Source: Micrococcales bacterium
GTDB taxonomy: Bacteria > Actinomycetota > Actinomycetes > S36-B12 > GCA-2699445
Length of the DNA: 64,000 nucleotides
NCBI GenBank assembly: GCA_002699445.1
Contig: PAAU01000041.1
Coordinates: 9,570-73,569, forward strand
Reading direction: 5' to 3'
Part shown: positions 44,921 to 53,362 of the stretch, piece by piece
Layout of the letters: every line of letters starts with the position of its first letter
How positions within the stretch are numbered: the first letter of the stretch is position 1
Position numbers and translations under genes: made by a program
Notes under the pieces: generated by a model
Databases searched by the model: none
What the model saw: the letters and a program-made list of their open reading frames with translations, nothing else
Told to the model about the DNA's origin: nothing

Positions 44921-46270
44921 TTAGCCGTCCAACCGATTGTCGGTACCACGTCTGCCACGCGGAGCTTGCTCACCAGCATCGACCGTCGGCTCCCAGTCAA
45001 ATAACACTCCATCATCACCGGCCCCAACCACAACAGTGACCCCGGGTTTCGCCCCTAGCCGCAGTAGTTCTTTTTCCACACCTAGGCGCGCTAGTCGATC
45101 TGATAAATAGCCCACCGCTTCATCATTTCCAAAGTCGGTTTGTCGTACCCAGCGCTCTGGCCGTTCACCTGTAACGACGAAGTGGTCGCCATCCTGACGA
45201 ACGTTGAATCCAGATTCATTAACAGCTCGTGGAGTGATGACGACCATCGGCGTCTCAACAGGCGACTCCTCTCGTGCGCCAAGGATTCGCGCCAAACCGA
45301 AGGCGAGCTCTCGTAGGCCTTCGCGGCTCACCGCACTGATCTTGTAGACGGGATATCCCAGCTCTGCGAGATCGGGACCTACGAGTTCCGCAAGTTCCGC
45401 AGCCTCAGGGACATCAATCTTGTTCAGAACAATGACCCGGGGACGATCTTCGAATCCACCATAGTTGGAAAGTTCGGCTTCGATCGTCTGAAGGTCAGTT
45501 AGGGGATCTCGTCCCGGCTCCAACGTCGCACAGTCCAAGACGTGCACGATAATTTCACAGCGTTCGATGTGGCGCAGGAAATCCAGCCCTAGGCCTTTTC
45601 CGCTGCTAGCGCCTGGGATCAGCCCTGGCACATCCGCCAGCGTGAATACCTTGTCCCCCGCTTCAACGACCCCGAGATTGGGTTCAAGTGTTGTGAACGG
45701 GTAATCGGCAATCTTGGGTCGTGCGGCGCTCATCGCCGCGATAATGGACGATTTTCCAGCGCTGGGGAATCCGACGAGGGCGGCATCCGCAATACTCTTG
45801 AGCTCCAGTAGGAAATCCTGCTGGTTCCCCACTTCGCCCAGTAATGCAAATCCCGGGGCCTTTCGCCGAGGTGATGCCAAGGCCGCATTACCGAGACCAC
45901 CCTTGCCCCCACGAGCCAGTACCGCAGCCGCACCTGGAACCGCAAGATCCGCTACTAGCTCACCGGAAGAGTCCACAACCGTAGTTCCAGGCGGGACGCC
46001 GATCGTGATGTCAGAACCCGCGGCACCGGTGCGATGTCCGCCCTGACCCGGTTTTCCGCTATCGGCTTTGAGATGCGGATGTCGATGGAGATCCAGCAAA
46101 GTGGGAACCGAGGGATCGGCGACCAAAATGACCGATCCACCTTTGCCGCCGTTGCCACCGTCAGGACCGCCTAGTGGCTTGAACTTCTCTCGGTGCACCG
46201 AGGAACAACCGTTGCCACCGTCACCCGCGACAGCATGAACTGTTACCCGGTCGATAAACGACGGGGCCAT
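44921..46270 (-). CDS. obg: GTPase Obg/CgtA
   Basis: The Obg fold is [26 protein letters not shown]...[14 protein letters not shown]. The G domain shows [15 protein letters not shown] and NKID. Confidence 0.95.
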   Translation of the reverse strand: MAPSFIDRVTVHAVAGDGGNGCSSVHREKFKPLGGPDGGNGGKGGSVILVADPSVPTLLDLHRHPHLKADSGKPGQGGHRTGAAGSDITIGVPPGTTVVDSSGELVADLAVPGAAAVLARGGKGGLGNAALASPRRKAPGFALLGEVGNQQDFLLELKSIADAALVGFPSAGKSSIIAAMSAARPKIADYPFTTLEPNLGVVEAGDKVFTLADVPGLIPGASSGKGLGLDFLRHIERCEIIVHVLDCATLEPGRDPLTDLQTIEAELSNYGGFEDRPRVIVLNKIDVPEAAELAELVGPDLAELGYPVYKISAVSREGLRELAFGLARILGAREESPVETPMVVITPRAVNESGFNVRQDGDHFVVTGERPERWVRQTDFGNDEAVGYLSDRLARLGVEKELLRLGAKPGVTVVVGAGDDGVLFDWEPTVDAGEQAPRGRRGTDNRLDG

Positions 46271-46284
46271 TTGTATCGCGGAAC

Positions 46285-46542
46285 TCAGGCCTCGACGGTT
46301 ACGACGTTGATTACGCGCCGGCCGCCGGCAGTGCCGAATTCAACTTTTCCTTCAGCAAGGGCAAAGAGAGTGTCATCTCCGCCGCGGCCGACATTAGTTC
46401 CAGGATGGAAGTGTGTGCCGCGCTGCCGGACTAAGATCTCACCGGCACCGACCTGTTGACCGCCGAAGCGCTTCACACCGAGCCGCTTGGAGTTACTGTC
46501 GCGGCCATTCCGTGTGGAAGCCGCGCCTTTTTTGTGAGCCAT
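46285..46542 (-). CDS. rpmA: 50S ribosomal protein L27
   Basis: [29 protein letters not shown]. Confidence 0.97.
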   Translation of the reverse strand: MAHKKGAASTRNGRDSNSKRLGVKRFGGQQVGAGEILVRQRGTHFHPGTNVGRGGDDTLFALAEGKVEFGTAGGRRVINVVTVEA

Positions 46543-46554
46543 GGTGTTATCTCC

Positions 46555-46857
46555 TCAGCCGATACTGGTGACCCGAAGCCGGGTCAAGTCCTGACGGTGC
46601 CCTTGGCGGCGCCGATAGCCGGTCTTGTTCTTGTAGCGCAGCACTTTGATCTTGGGACCACGGTGGTGGTCCATCACTTCAGCCGCCACAGTTACTCCGG
46701 CAGCGTCGGTGCCGGTCTTGACCGCGCCATCCGAAACGACCATGACTGCTGGCAACTCGATGGTGGCGCCTGGCTCTTCCGGGACGCGGTTGACCTCGAT
46801 CTCATCACCGACGCTTACTTTCTCCTGATGGCCGCCGGCGCGAACGATCGCGTACAT
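46555..46857 (-). CDS. rplU: 50S ribosomal protein L21
   Basis: MYAIVRAGGHQEKV read from ATG 46857, preceded by AAAGGAG. The track ORF extends to 46893. Confidence 0.95.
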   Translation of the reverse strand: MYAIVRAGGHQEKVSVGDEIEVNRVPEEPGATIELPAVMVVSDGAVKTGTDAAGVTVAAEVMDHHRGPKIKVLRYKNKTGYRRRQGHRQDLTRLRVTSIG

Positions 46858-47017
46858 CCCGCTACTCCTTTGTCTTGTCGCAGTGCACCTCACTTGAAAT
46901 GGCGCACTGTCTGGTGGTCCCGCCGTAAGTAGACAACGGACTTATCCGCCTTGGTGTCGGTTCGGTGGAACCTTCCTAGGTTACGGACAACCGCGGGGTT
47001 CGGTCAAACCGCCCTCG

Positions 47018-49324
47018 CTAACGATCTTTCTCCAGATCGAGTTCATCCACATCTTCAGCCAATGTGGCAGTGTCTGAATCGTCTTCTGCATCGTCCGATA
47101 ATGAGTCAGCGAGATCTGTGGTGCCCTCAGTTTCTGCTGTCTGTGCCTCTGGTTCAGCCGCCACTACCTTCACATCCGAGTCGCCATCTTCATCTTCGGA
47201 CTTTTCAGGATGTGATCGAGCCGCCTCGACGGGATCATGCGAGCCCGGGGGCCGCACGGGACGCCGTGGGCGCTCATTGCCTCGATCTACTGGATCCGAT
47301 TGGATCCGCATTCCTCGACCGGCGCAGCAGTCGCAAGTCTCACCGAATGTCTCGAGTAGGCCCTGTCCGATACGTTTCCGCGTCATCTGAACGAGACCCA
47401 ATGAGGTCACTTCCGCAACCTGGTGCTTTGTTCGGTCTCGCCCGAGACTTTCAACCAGTCGTCGCAAGACGAGATCTCGATTGCTTTCTAGAACCATGTC
47501 GATGAAATCGATAACAATGATGCCGCCGGTATCCCGCAACCGGATCTGACGGACCACCTCTTCGGCGGCTTCCAGATTGTTTCGGGTGACCGTCTCTTCG
47601 AGGTTGCCCCCCTGCCCGGTAAAGCGACCCGTATTTACATCGACAACGGTCATAGCCTCGGTGCGGTCAATCACGAGAGAACCGCCCGAGGGTAGATATA
47701 CCTTTCGATCCAATGCCTTAGCCAACTGTTCATCCACTCGGAACTCGGTAAAGACATCCTCAGCCTTTGTCCAGCGACTGAGCCGCTCAGCCAGGCTAGG
47801 CGCATTGTCCGTTAAGTATTCCTCGAGTTGAGCCCCCACATCGTCACCTGACACGATCAGTGACTCAAAATCGGCATTGAAAATATCTCGGACGATGCGC
47901 AGCGCTAGATCCGGCTCCGAATGCAGCAAACTAGGTGCTTTTGCCTTACCCGTTTTCTGTTGGATTCGCTCCCAGGTAGCAGTGAGTTGCTCCACATCTC
48001 GAGTCAGATCTTCCTCACTCGCACCCTCGGACGCAGTGCGGACGATAATGCCCGCTCCCTCTGGTAGGACTCGTCGCAAAATGCTACGAAGGCGAGAGCG
48101 CTCTTTATCTGGCAGCTTACGACTGATCCCCGTCATGGAGCCGTCGGGTACATAGACCAGAAAACGTCCTGGCAGCGAAACTTGGCTTGTCAGACGTGCG
48201 CCTTTGTGACCGATGGGGTCCTTAGTTACCTGAACCAGTACTTTGTCGCCAGACGACAACGCGTTTTCAATCCGCTTTGGCTTGCCTTCTAGACCGGCTG
48301 CATCCCAGTTGACTTCCCCGGCGTAGAGCACGGCGTTACGACCGCGACCAATATCAACGAATGCGGCCTCCATTGACGGGAGAACGTTTTGCACTTTACC
48401 CAGATAGACATTCCCGACCAGTGAAGTGGCGGTTGCTTGATTTACGTAGTGCTCCACCAGAACGTCGTCTTCCAGGACACCGATTTGAGTAAGTGAACCT
48501 CGCTGCCGAACAACCATGCTCCGCTTCACCGACTCACGCCGAGCTAGGAACTCAGCCTCAGAGACGATCGCGGTTCGTCGTCGGCCTGATTCCCGACCTT
48601 CACGACGCCGCTGCTTCTTCGCCTCCATTCGAGTAGAGCCTTTGACGGCGGTTACTTCATCCTTCGTATTTTCGCCGTCGCCGTCATTGCGTCGCCGACG
48701 ACGTCGCCGACGCTTCGTACCTAAATCTGATGAATCGTCATCTATTTCAGAGTCCGAATCAGATTTACCGCCATCCTCCGCTAATTCCTCCGAGTTAGGT
48801 CGACCGCCAGACTTGCCTTTACCGCCAGACTTGCCTTTGCCGCCAGACTTGCCTTTGCCGCCAGACTTGCCCTCGCCGCCAGACTTACCCTCGCCGCCAG
48901 ACTTACCCTCGCCGCCAGACCTACCCTCGCCGCCAGACCTACCTTTGCCGCCAGACCTACCTTTGCCGCCAGACTTACCCTCGCCGCCCCGGCCTTCACC
49001 GGACTTGGCATTGGCATCCTTGTCGCGCGATTCGCTTGCTTTGTCTTGACGCCGGCCAGAAGATTCCCCCGCGGCTCTCGTGTCCGGCTCTGGCCGGTCG
49101 GGAATTTGTGGCGCCTGAAAAAGTGGAACACCAAGCGAGCCGCCAGAAGGCCCCTCGGAGCCTGCGGTCCCTGGCTGACCCGACCCTTTGTCTGGAGCGT
49201 TAAAGGCTACCGCCGCAGATTTAGCACCGCGGCTTTTTCGTGTGTTCTTGGCCGCGTTGCCACTGCTGTCGGTCGTCTCCTGGTCAGAGGAGTTATCTTG
49301 TCTATCGCTGTCCTTGTCGAGCAT
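47018..49324 (-). CDS. rne: ribonuclease E/G family endoribonuclease (RNase E)
   Basis: 768 aa. The S1 domain is VGNVYLGKVQNVLPSMEAAFVDIGRGRNAVLY, the DNase-I-like core is GGIIVIDFIDM, and the Zn-link is CDCCAGRG. Low-complexity charged extensions flank these domains at both ends. Confidence 0.9.
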   Translation of the reverse strand: MLDKDSDRQDNSSDQETTDSSGNAAKNTRKSRGAKSAAVAFNAPDKGSGQPGTAGSEGPSGGSLGVPLFQAPQIPDRPEPDTRAAGESSGRRQDKASESRDKDANAKSGEGRGGEGKSGGKGRSGGKGRSGGEGRSGGEGKSGGEGKSGGEGKSGGKGKSGGKGKSGGKGKSGGRPNSEELAEDGGKSDSDSEIDDDSSDLGTKRRRRRRRRNDGDGENTKDEVTAVKGSTRMEAKKQRRREGRESGRRRTAIVSEAEFLARRESVKRSMVVRQRGSLTQIGVLEDDVLVEHYVNQATATSLVGNVYLGKVQNVLPSMEAAFVDIGRGRNAVLYAGEVNWDAAGLEGKPKRIENALSSGDKVLVQVTKDPIGHKGARLTSQVSLPGRFLVYVPDGSMTGISRKLPDKERSRLRSILRRVLPEGAGIIVRTASEGASEEDLTRDVEQLTATWERIQQKTGKAKAPSLLHSEPDLALRIVRDIFNADFESLIVSGDDVGAQLEEYLTDNAPSLAERLSRWTKAEDVFTEFRVDEQLAKALDRKVYLPSGGSLVIDRTEAMTVVDVNTGRFTGQGGNLEETVTRNNLEAAEEVVRQIRLRDTGGIIVIDFIDMVLESNRDLVLRRLVESLGRDRTKHQVAEVTSLGLVQMTRKRIGQGLLETFGETCDCCAGRGMRIQSDPVDRGNERPRRPVRPPGSHDPVEAARSHPEKSEDEDGDSDVKVVAAEPEAQTAETEGTTDLADSLSDDAEDDSDTATLAEDVDELDLEKDR
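48805..48984 (-). repeat. 10 x 18-bp in-frame tandem repeat inside rne encoding GG(K/E)G(K/R)S
   Basis: The plus-strand units are CGCCAGAC(T/C)T(G/A)CC(TTT/CTC)(A/G)C, head-to-tail from 48805 to 48984. The protein reads GGEGKSGGKGRSGGKGRSGGEGRSGGEGKSGGEGKSGGEGKSGGKGKSGGKGKSGGKGKS. Confidence 0.95.
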
Positions 49325-49445
49325 GTGCTCGATCCCTTCACGGTTCCCGGGTGCACTGCACCGCGCGGGAACCTCTTGTCGTTCGATCCGCCGCAGCGGA
49401 CCGGAAAGCCTACGGTCCCAGGGCGCATACGCGCCCGTTTGCGTC
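49325..49445 (-). promoter_or_regulatory. structured rne leader / inter-operon region with three stem-loops
   Basis: GGGCGC-atac-GCGCCC lies at 49421-49436, 10 nt after the upstream stop. GGACCG-(9 nt)-CGGTCC lies at 49398-49418. GGTTCCCG...CGGGAACC lies at 49342-49373 with a nested GGTGC-act-GCACC. The regulatory role is inferred only. Confidence 0.35.
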
Positions 49446-50189
49446 CTATAGCGCCTCGGAGAATGGATCCCCGACTGCGACGGGGTTCCCCATTAGGGGT
49501 CCCTGCGCCAGCCGGGTGAACACCGACGAAACGGGTTCATCCAGATCCGCGTACTCGACGAGAGCAGTGAGGACGTCCTCAGGTCGTACAGCGGGAGTAT
49601 CGTGCCGCACCACCACCCGAAGTATTGCACAAGGTTCGCTCCCCACGACGGATTCCGCGGTGGTGACCGCGCTTTCCAGCATGGCTGAGCCAACCTCCAC
49701 CTGCTTCACACCGGACTTGGTTACCCGTTCAACAGCAACATCGGGGGTGGCCTCAAGCCGATTCAGGGCCGCCGTCACATGCTCTTCGGAGACTCCTCGA
49801 ACTTCCAACTGCCAGAGACTGGCTTCCAGTCGATCAGCAACTGATCCCGAGGTGGACACTACGCATTGTGTAATCGCAAATCCGGCAGGTAGTGCGGTTG
49901 TCAAGGCATCCGGGACCAGTTGTGCGTCAATTTCCTGACGCATTCCGAGCTGAACATATTCAGCTTCACTGGCGGCTCCAGTTGGGGCCGCGTTGGCGTA
50001 GGAGATTCGTGGGTGGGGCGAGAATCCGCCACTGAACGCAATTGGCAGTTCTGCCCGGCGCACCGCCCGTTCCAGCGCCCGCTGAAAGTCGCGATGGCTG
50101 GCAAACCGCATACGACCCGATTTTGAATATCGGAGCCGTAACTTCTGGACGATCGGCTGCGCCTCGTTGGGCGACTGACGCTTGCTCAC
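49446..50189 (-). CDS. radical-SAM-linked protein (DUF2344; TIGR03936-like as I recall)
   Basis: KLRLRYSKSGRMRFASHRDFQRALERAVRRAELPIAFSGGFSPHPRISY is the block I associate with this family. The start is set at GTG 50189, in a GTGA overlap with the radical SAM gene stop. Confidence 0.7.
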   Translation of the reverse strand: MSKRQSPNEAQPIVQKLRLRYSKSGRMRFASHRDFQRALERAVRRAELPIAFSGGFSPHPRISYANAAPTGAASEAEYVQLGMRQEIDAQLVPDALTTALPAGFAITQCVVSTSGSVADRLEASLWQLEVRGVSEEHVTAALNRLEATPDVAVERVTKSGVKQVEVGSAMLESAVTTAESVVGSEPCAILRVVVRHDTPAVRPEDVLTALVEYADLDEPVSSVFTRLAQGPLMGNPVAVGDPFSEAL

Positions 50190-52132
50190 GCCATTTCCGA
50201 GGCAGTCGCTCCGACGGGGATAGTAGGAATCCACACCTTATCCGCGGGGCCCACCTGAATGTGAGTGTCCATCTGATCGCAAACGCCACATTGGGAGCAG
50301 GGGGTCCAGCGACAGTCACCCACCTCATCTTCACCCAAGGCGTCTTGCCAGTCTTGCCACAGCCACTCTGCGTCGAGCCCGCTGTCGAGATGGGACCAGG
50401 GCAGGACTTCGTCGAAGTCTCGTTCACGAGTGGTAAACCAGTCCACGTCGATTGGCTGATCTCGCCACACCTTAGTCGCCGCCGTGCTCCAGCGGTCGTA
50501 GGAGAAATACTCACTCCACCCATCGAATCGACCGCCGTCCCGCCACACCTGCTCGATCACATCAGCGACTCGACGATCTCCCCTTGCCAGCAGTCCCTCA
50601 ACGATCCCCGGCTCACCATCGTGATATCGCATCCCAATCGACCGTCCGTATTCGCGATCTCCTCGAATTTCGTCCCGCAACAGGTGCAGTCGATGATCAG
50701 TCTGTTCCGCGGGCAGTTGGCCAGCCCATTGAAAAGGCGTATGGGGCTTAGGTACGAATCCCCCGATGGATACGGTGCAGCGGATATCTCGCCGCCCAGA
50801 AACTTCTCGACCGGTCCGAATCACTTCGCGAGCTAATCGGGCGATCTGCAGCACATCGTCATCCGTCTCGGTCGGAAGACCACACATGAAATACAGTTTG
50901 ACGTGCCGCCAGCCACTGGAGTAAGCCGCAGCCACCGTCCGGATCAGGTCTTCTTCTGACACCGTTTTGTTGATCACCCGCCGCATACGTTCACTGCCAC
51001 CTTCGGGGGCAAAGGTGAGACCCGACCGTCGCCCGTTTCGCGACAATTCGTCGGCGAGTTCGATATTAAAGGCATCCACTCGAGTACTCGGCAAACTCAG
51101 CGAAGTCTTAGTTCCCTCGTACTGATCCGCCAAACCCTTGGCTAGGTCACCAATTTCCGAATGATCGGCACTCGACAAGCTGAGCATACCGACCTCATCA
51201 AAACCGGTTCGCTTGATTCCACAGTCGACCATGTCTGCCACTGTCTCGGCCGAACGTTCGCGGACCGGGCGAGTTATCATCCCTGCCTGACAAAAGCGGC
51301 AGCCTCTCGTGCATCCTCTAAAGATTTCGACACTCATGCGTTCGTGAATCGTCTCCGCGACCGGGACGACTGGCTTCTTGGGATAAGGCCACTCATCCAA
51401 ATCCATGAGCGTATGTTTGCTCACTTGCCAGGGAACTCCAGTTCGATTGGGACGGATGGATTGAATGTGTCCGCTCGTCCCGTAACTGACGTCATAGAAC
51501 GCGGGAACGTAGACGACACCGGAAGCAGCTAATTTCCCGAGCAATCCAACACGTCCATCGGGCGATCCGGCCTCTCGCCATTCCGAAATGAGTCGACTAA
51601 TCTGTAGGGCTGGCTCCTCACCATCGCCCAGCACTGCTCCATCAATAAATGGGGCGAGTGGCTCTGGGTTGAAGGCCGAGTGTCCTCCCACCAGTACAAC
51701 TGGGTCGGAGTCGCTGCGATCCGCTGACCGCAATGGAATTCCGGCCAGATCTAAAGTGTTGAGAAGGTTGGTGTACCCCAACTCAGTCGAAAGGCTCACG
51801 CCCAAAACATCGAAGTCGCCCAGGGACCGATGGGAGTCGAGCGTGAATGCGGGAATCTCGTGCTCCCGTAGCAATTCCTCCATGTCAGGCCAGACCGCGT
51901 AACAACGTTCGGCGAGCACATCCGGTTGTTCGTTCAACACTTCGTAAAGAATCTGCACCCCCTGGTTGGGTGAACCCACTTCATAGGCGTCCGGATATAA
52001 CAGCGCCCATCGCACCGCGACCTCGTCCCATTCCTTCACCGTGGCATTGACCTCGCCACCCACGTACTGGATTGGCTTACGAACCTGCGCCAGTAAAGGC
52101 TCCAGCTCTTGATATAGCGACTTAGTGGTCAC
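50186..52132 (-). CDS. B12-binding-domain radical SAM protein of unknown function (TIGR03960-like as I recall)
   Basis: 648 aa. GGAGG lies 4 nt upstream of GTG 52132. The N-terminal region is B12-binding-like. The radical SAM cluster is EIFRGCTRGCRFCQAG (CxxxCxxC). Confidence 0.75.
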   Translation of the reverse strand: MTTKSLYQELEPLLAQVRKPIQYVGGEVNATVKEWDEVAVRWALLYPDAYEVGSPNQGVQILYEVLNEQPDVLAERCYAVWPDMEELLREHEIPAFTLDSHRSLGDFDVLGVSLSTELGYTNLLNTLDLAGIPLRSADRSDSDPVVLVGGHSAFNPEPLAPFIDGAVLGDGEEPALQISRLISEWREAGSPDGRVGLLGKLAASGVVYVPAFYDVSYGTSGHIQSIRPNRTGVPWQVSKHTLMDLDEWPYPKKPVVPVAETIHERMSVEIFRGCTRGCRFCQAGMITRPVRERSAETVADMVDCGIKRTGFDEVGMLSLSSADHSEIGDLAKGLADQYEGTKTSLSLPSTRVDAFNIELADELSRNGRRSGLTFAPEGGSERMRRVINKTVSEEDLIRTVAAAYSSGWRHVKLYFMCGLPTETDDDVLQIARLAREVIRTGREVSGRRDIRCTVSIGGFVPKPHTPFQWAGQLPAEQTDHRLHLLRDEIRGDREYGRSIGMRYHDGEPGIVEGLLARGDRRVADVIEQVWRDGGRFDGWSEYFSYDRWSTAATKVWRDQPIDVDWFTTRERDFDEVLPWSHLDSGLDAEWLWQDWQDALGEDEVGDCRWTPCSQCGVCDQMDTHIQVGPADKVWIPTIPVGATASEMA

Positions 52133-52228
52133 GAATCCTCCGTTGAATCAACGACACCCCTGCTCCAGGACTGCTCTCTAGATTACGTGTTTGAACACAA
52201 CCGTCCACCCCAGCCTGAATTCAGCCGA

Positions 52229-53362
52229 TTAGCGTCGCTGCGGCGCACTGGCTCGCCGAACCAGTTGCAGCAGACCTATCCCCATCCATGCGGCGATCAT
52301 CGAAGAGCCGCCGTAAGAGACAAATGGCAGCGTAACTCCGGTCACTGGTGTGATGCCCAAGGTCATCCCGATGTTCTCGAAAGCCTGGAATCCAAACCAT
52401 GCGACTACTCCTACTGCCACGAGTCGATTGAAGCCATCTCTGGCGTCCAGACCAATACGCCAACCTCGCCACAGCACAAGACCAACCAGCAGAATCACCG
52501 ATAGCGCACCAAGCAGGCCCGCTTCTTCTGCTACGACACTGAAGATGAAGTCTGAGTCGTTGACTGGCACGAAATCGCCTTGCGTTTGAGTGCCCTCAAA
52601 GAGGCCCTGTCCAGTCAGCCCGCCGGAGCCAACCGCAATGCGAGATTGCACCGTGTTCAGACCGAATCCAGTCAAGTCAGCCGTCGGGTCGAGGAAGGCT
52701 AGCAACCGCTGTACCTGATATTCAGCGAGAACTCCCGCCATCACAGCCAGGGTGACGACGGCCGCACCCGCCGCGGCTAGTCCCGTTAGCCAGCGCCAGG
52801 AAACTCCAGCCACCAGCATCATCGCGGCAACAATGCCAGTAGTCACCAATGCCGAGCCGGTGTCATTTCCCAGAATGATGAGAGCAATAGGAACTGCGGC
52901 TAACCCGAGCGCTTGCACTACCGATCGATTGTCCGGGCCCGACTGCTCCCGTCCACCAGCAAGGGTGCTCGCCAGAGCGAGTATCAACGCAAGCTTCGCG
53001 AATTCCGATGGCTGCAACGTAAATCCCATAGGTAACGCAACCCACGCTCGCGCGCCCGCAATTTCGATTCCGAGCGGAGTAAAAGCCAGAAGGACAAAGA
53101 CCAGGGAGGTCAGATATAACGCAGGTGCCCACGCGCGTAGAGATCTTGGTTCTACCTGGGACACCAGGTAGCCGATCAGCAATGCAACCAGTAAACCCAA
53201 CAGTTGCTTCCGGCCCGCGGCCGCACCACCTGCTGAGGCTACGAACAAGGTACCGATTAGCGACAACACCAACGCCGAACCGATAAGTACCCAGTCCCAC
53301 GAGGCTCGACGTTGCCGCCGACTACGAATTCTGCCTGATTCCCGGCGTTCGACCATCGTCAT
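52229..53362 (-). CDS. rodA: SEDS-family peptidoglycan polymerase RodA
   Basis: 377 aa with 10 TM helices. FtsW/RodA blocks are QPSEFAKL, DFIFSVVAEE and PFVSYGGSS. It lies downstream of pbp2 with an ATGA overlap. Confidence 0.9.
   Translation of the reverse strand: MTMVERRESGRIRSRRQRRASWDWVLIGSALVLSLIGTLFVASAGGAAAGRKQLLGLLVALLIGYLVSQVEPRSLRAWAPALYLTSLVFVLLAFTPLGIEIAGARAWVALPMGFTLQPSEFAKLALILALASTLAGGREQSGPDNRSVVQALGLAAVPIALIILGNDTGSALVTTGIVAAMMLVAGVSWRWLTGLAAAGAAVVTLAVMAGVLAEYQVQRLLAFLDPTADLTGFGLNTVQSRIAVGSGGLTGQGLFEGTQTQGDFVPVNDSDFIFSVVAEEAGLLGALSVILLVGLVLWRGWRIGLDARDGFNRLVAVGVVAWFGFQAFENIGMTLGITPVTGVTLPFVSYGGSSMIAAWMGIGLLQLVRRASAPQRR

Noticed and set aside
48805-48984. Possible CRISPR array, considered because of regularly spaced direct repeats.
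   Set aside because: The units are contiguous 18-mers with no spacers. They are in frame within a protein gene, and no cas genes are present.
48516-49049. A plus-strand ORF with a striking PPDLPL/PPDLPS proline-rich repeat.
   Set aside because: It is the reverse-frame reading of the 18-bp tandem repeat inside rne. The rne frame carries the S1, DNase-I-like and Zn-link motifs, so the plus-strand ORF is a mirror artefact.
50042-50836. Long antisense ORFs: 264 aa here, plus 34226-34912, 49240-49938, 40635-41285, 14947-15594, 2623-3180 and 28184-28717.
   Set aside because: Each lies opposite a gene with strong motif support. Their translations are Ala/Arg/Ser/Pro-rich low-complexity sequence typical of shadow frames in GC-rich DNA. 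They have no SD and no recognisable domains.
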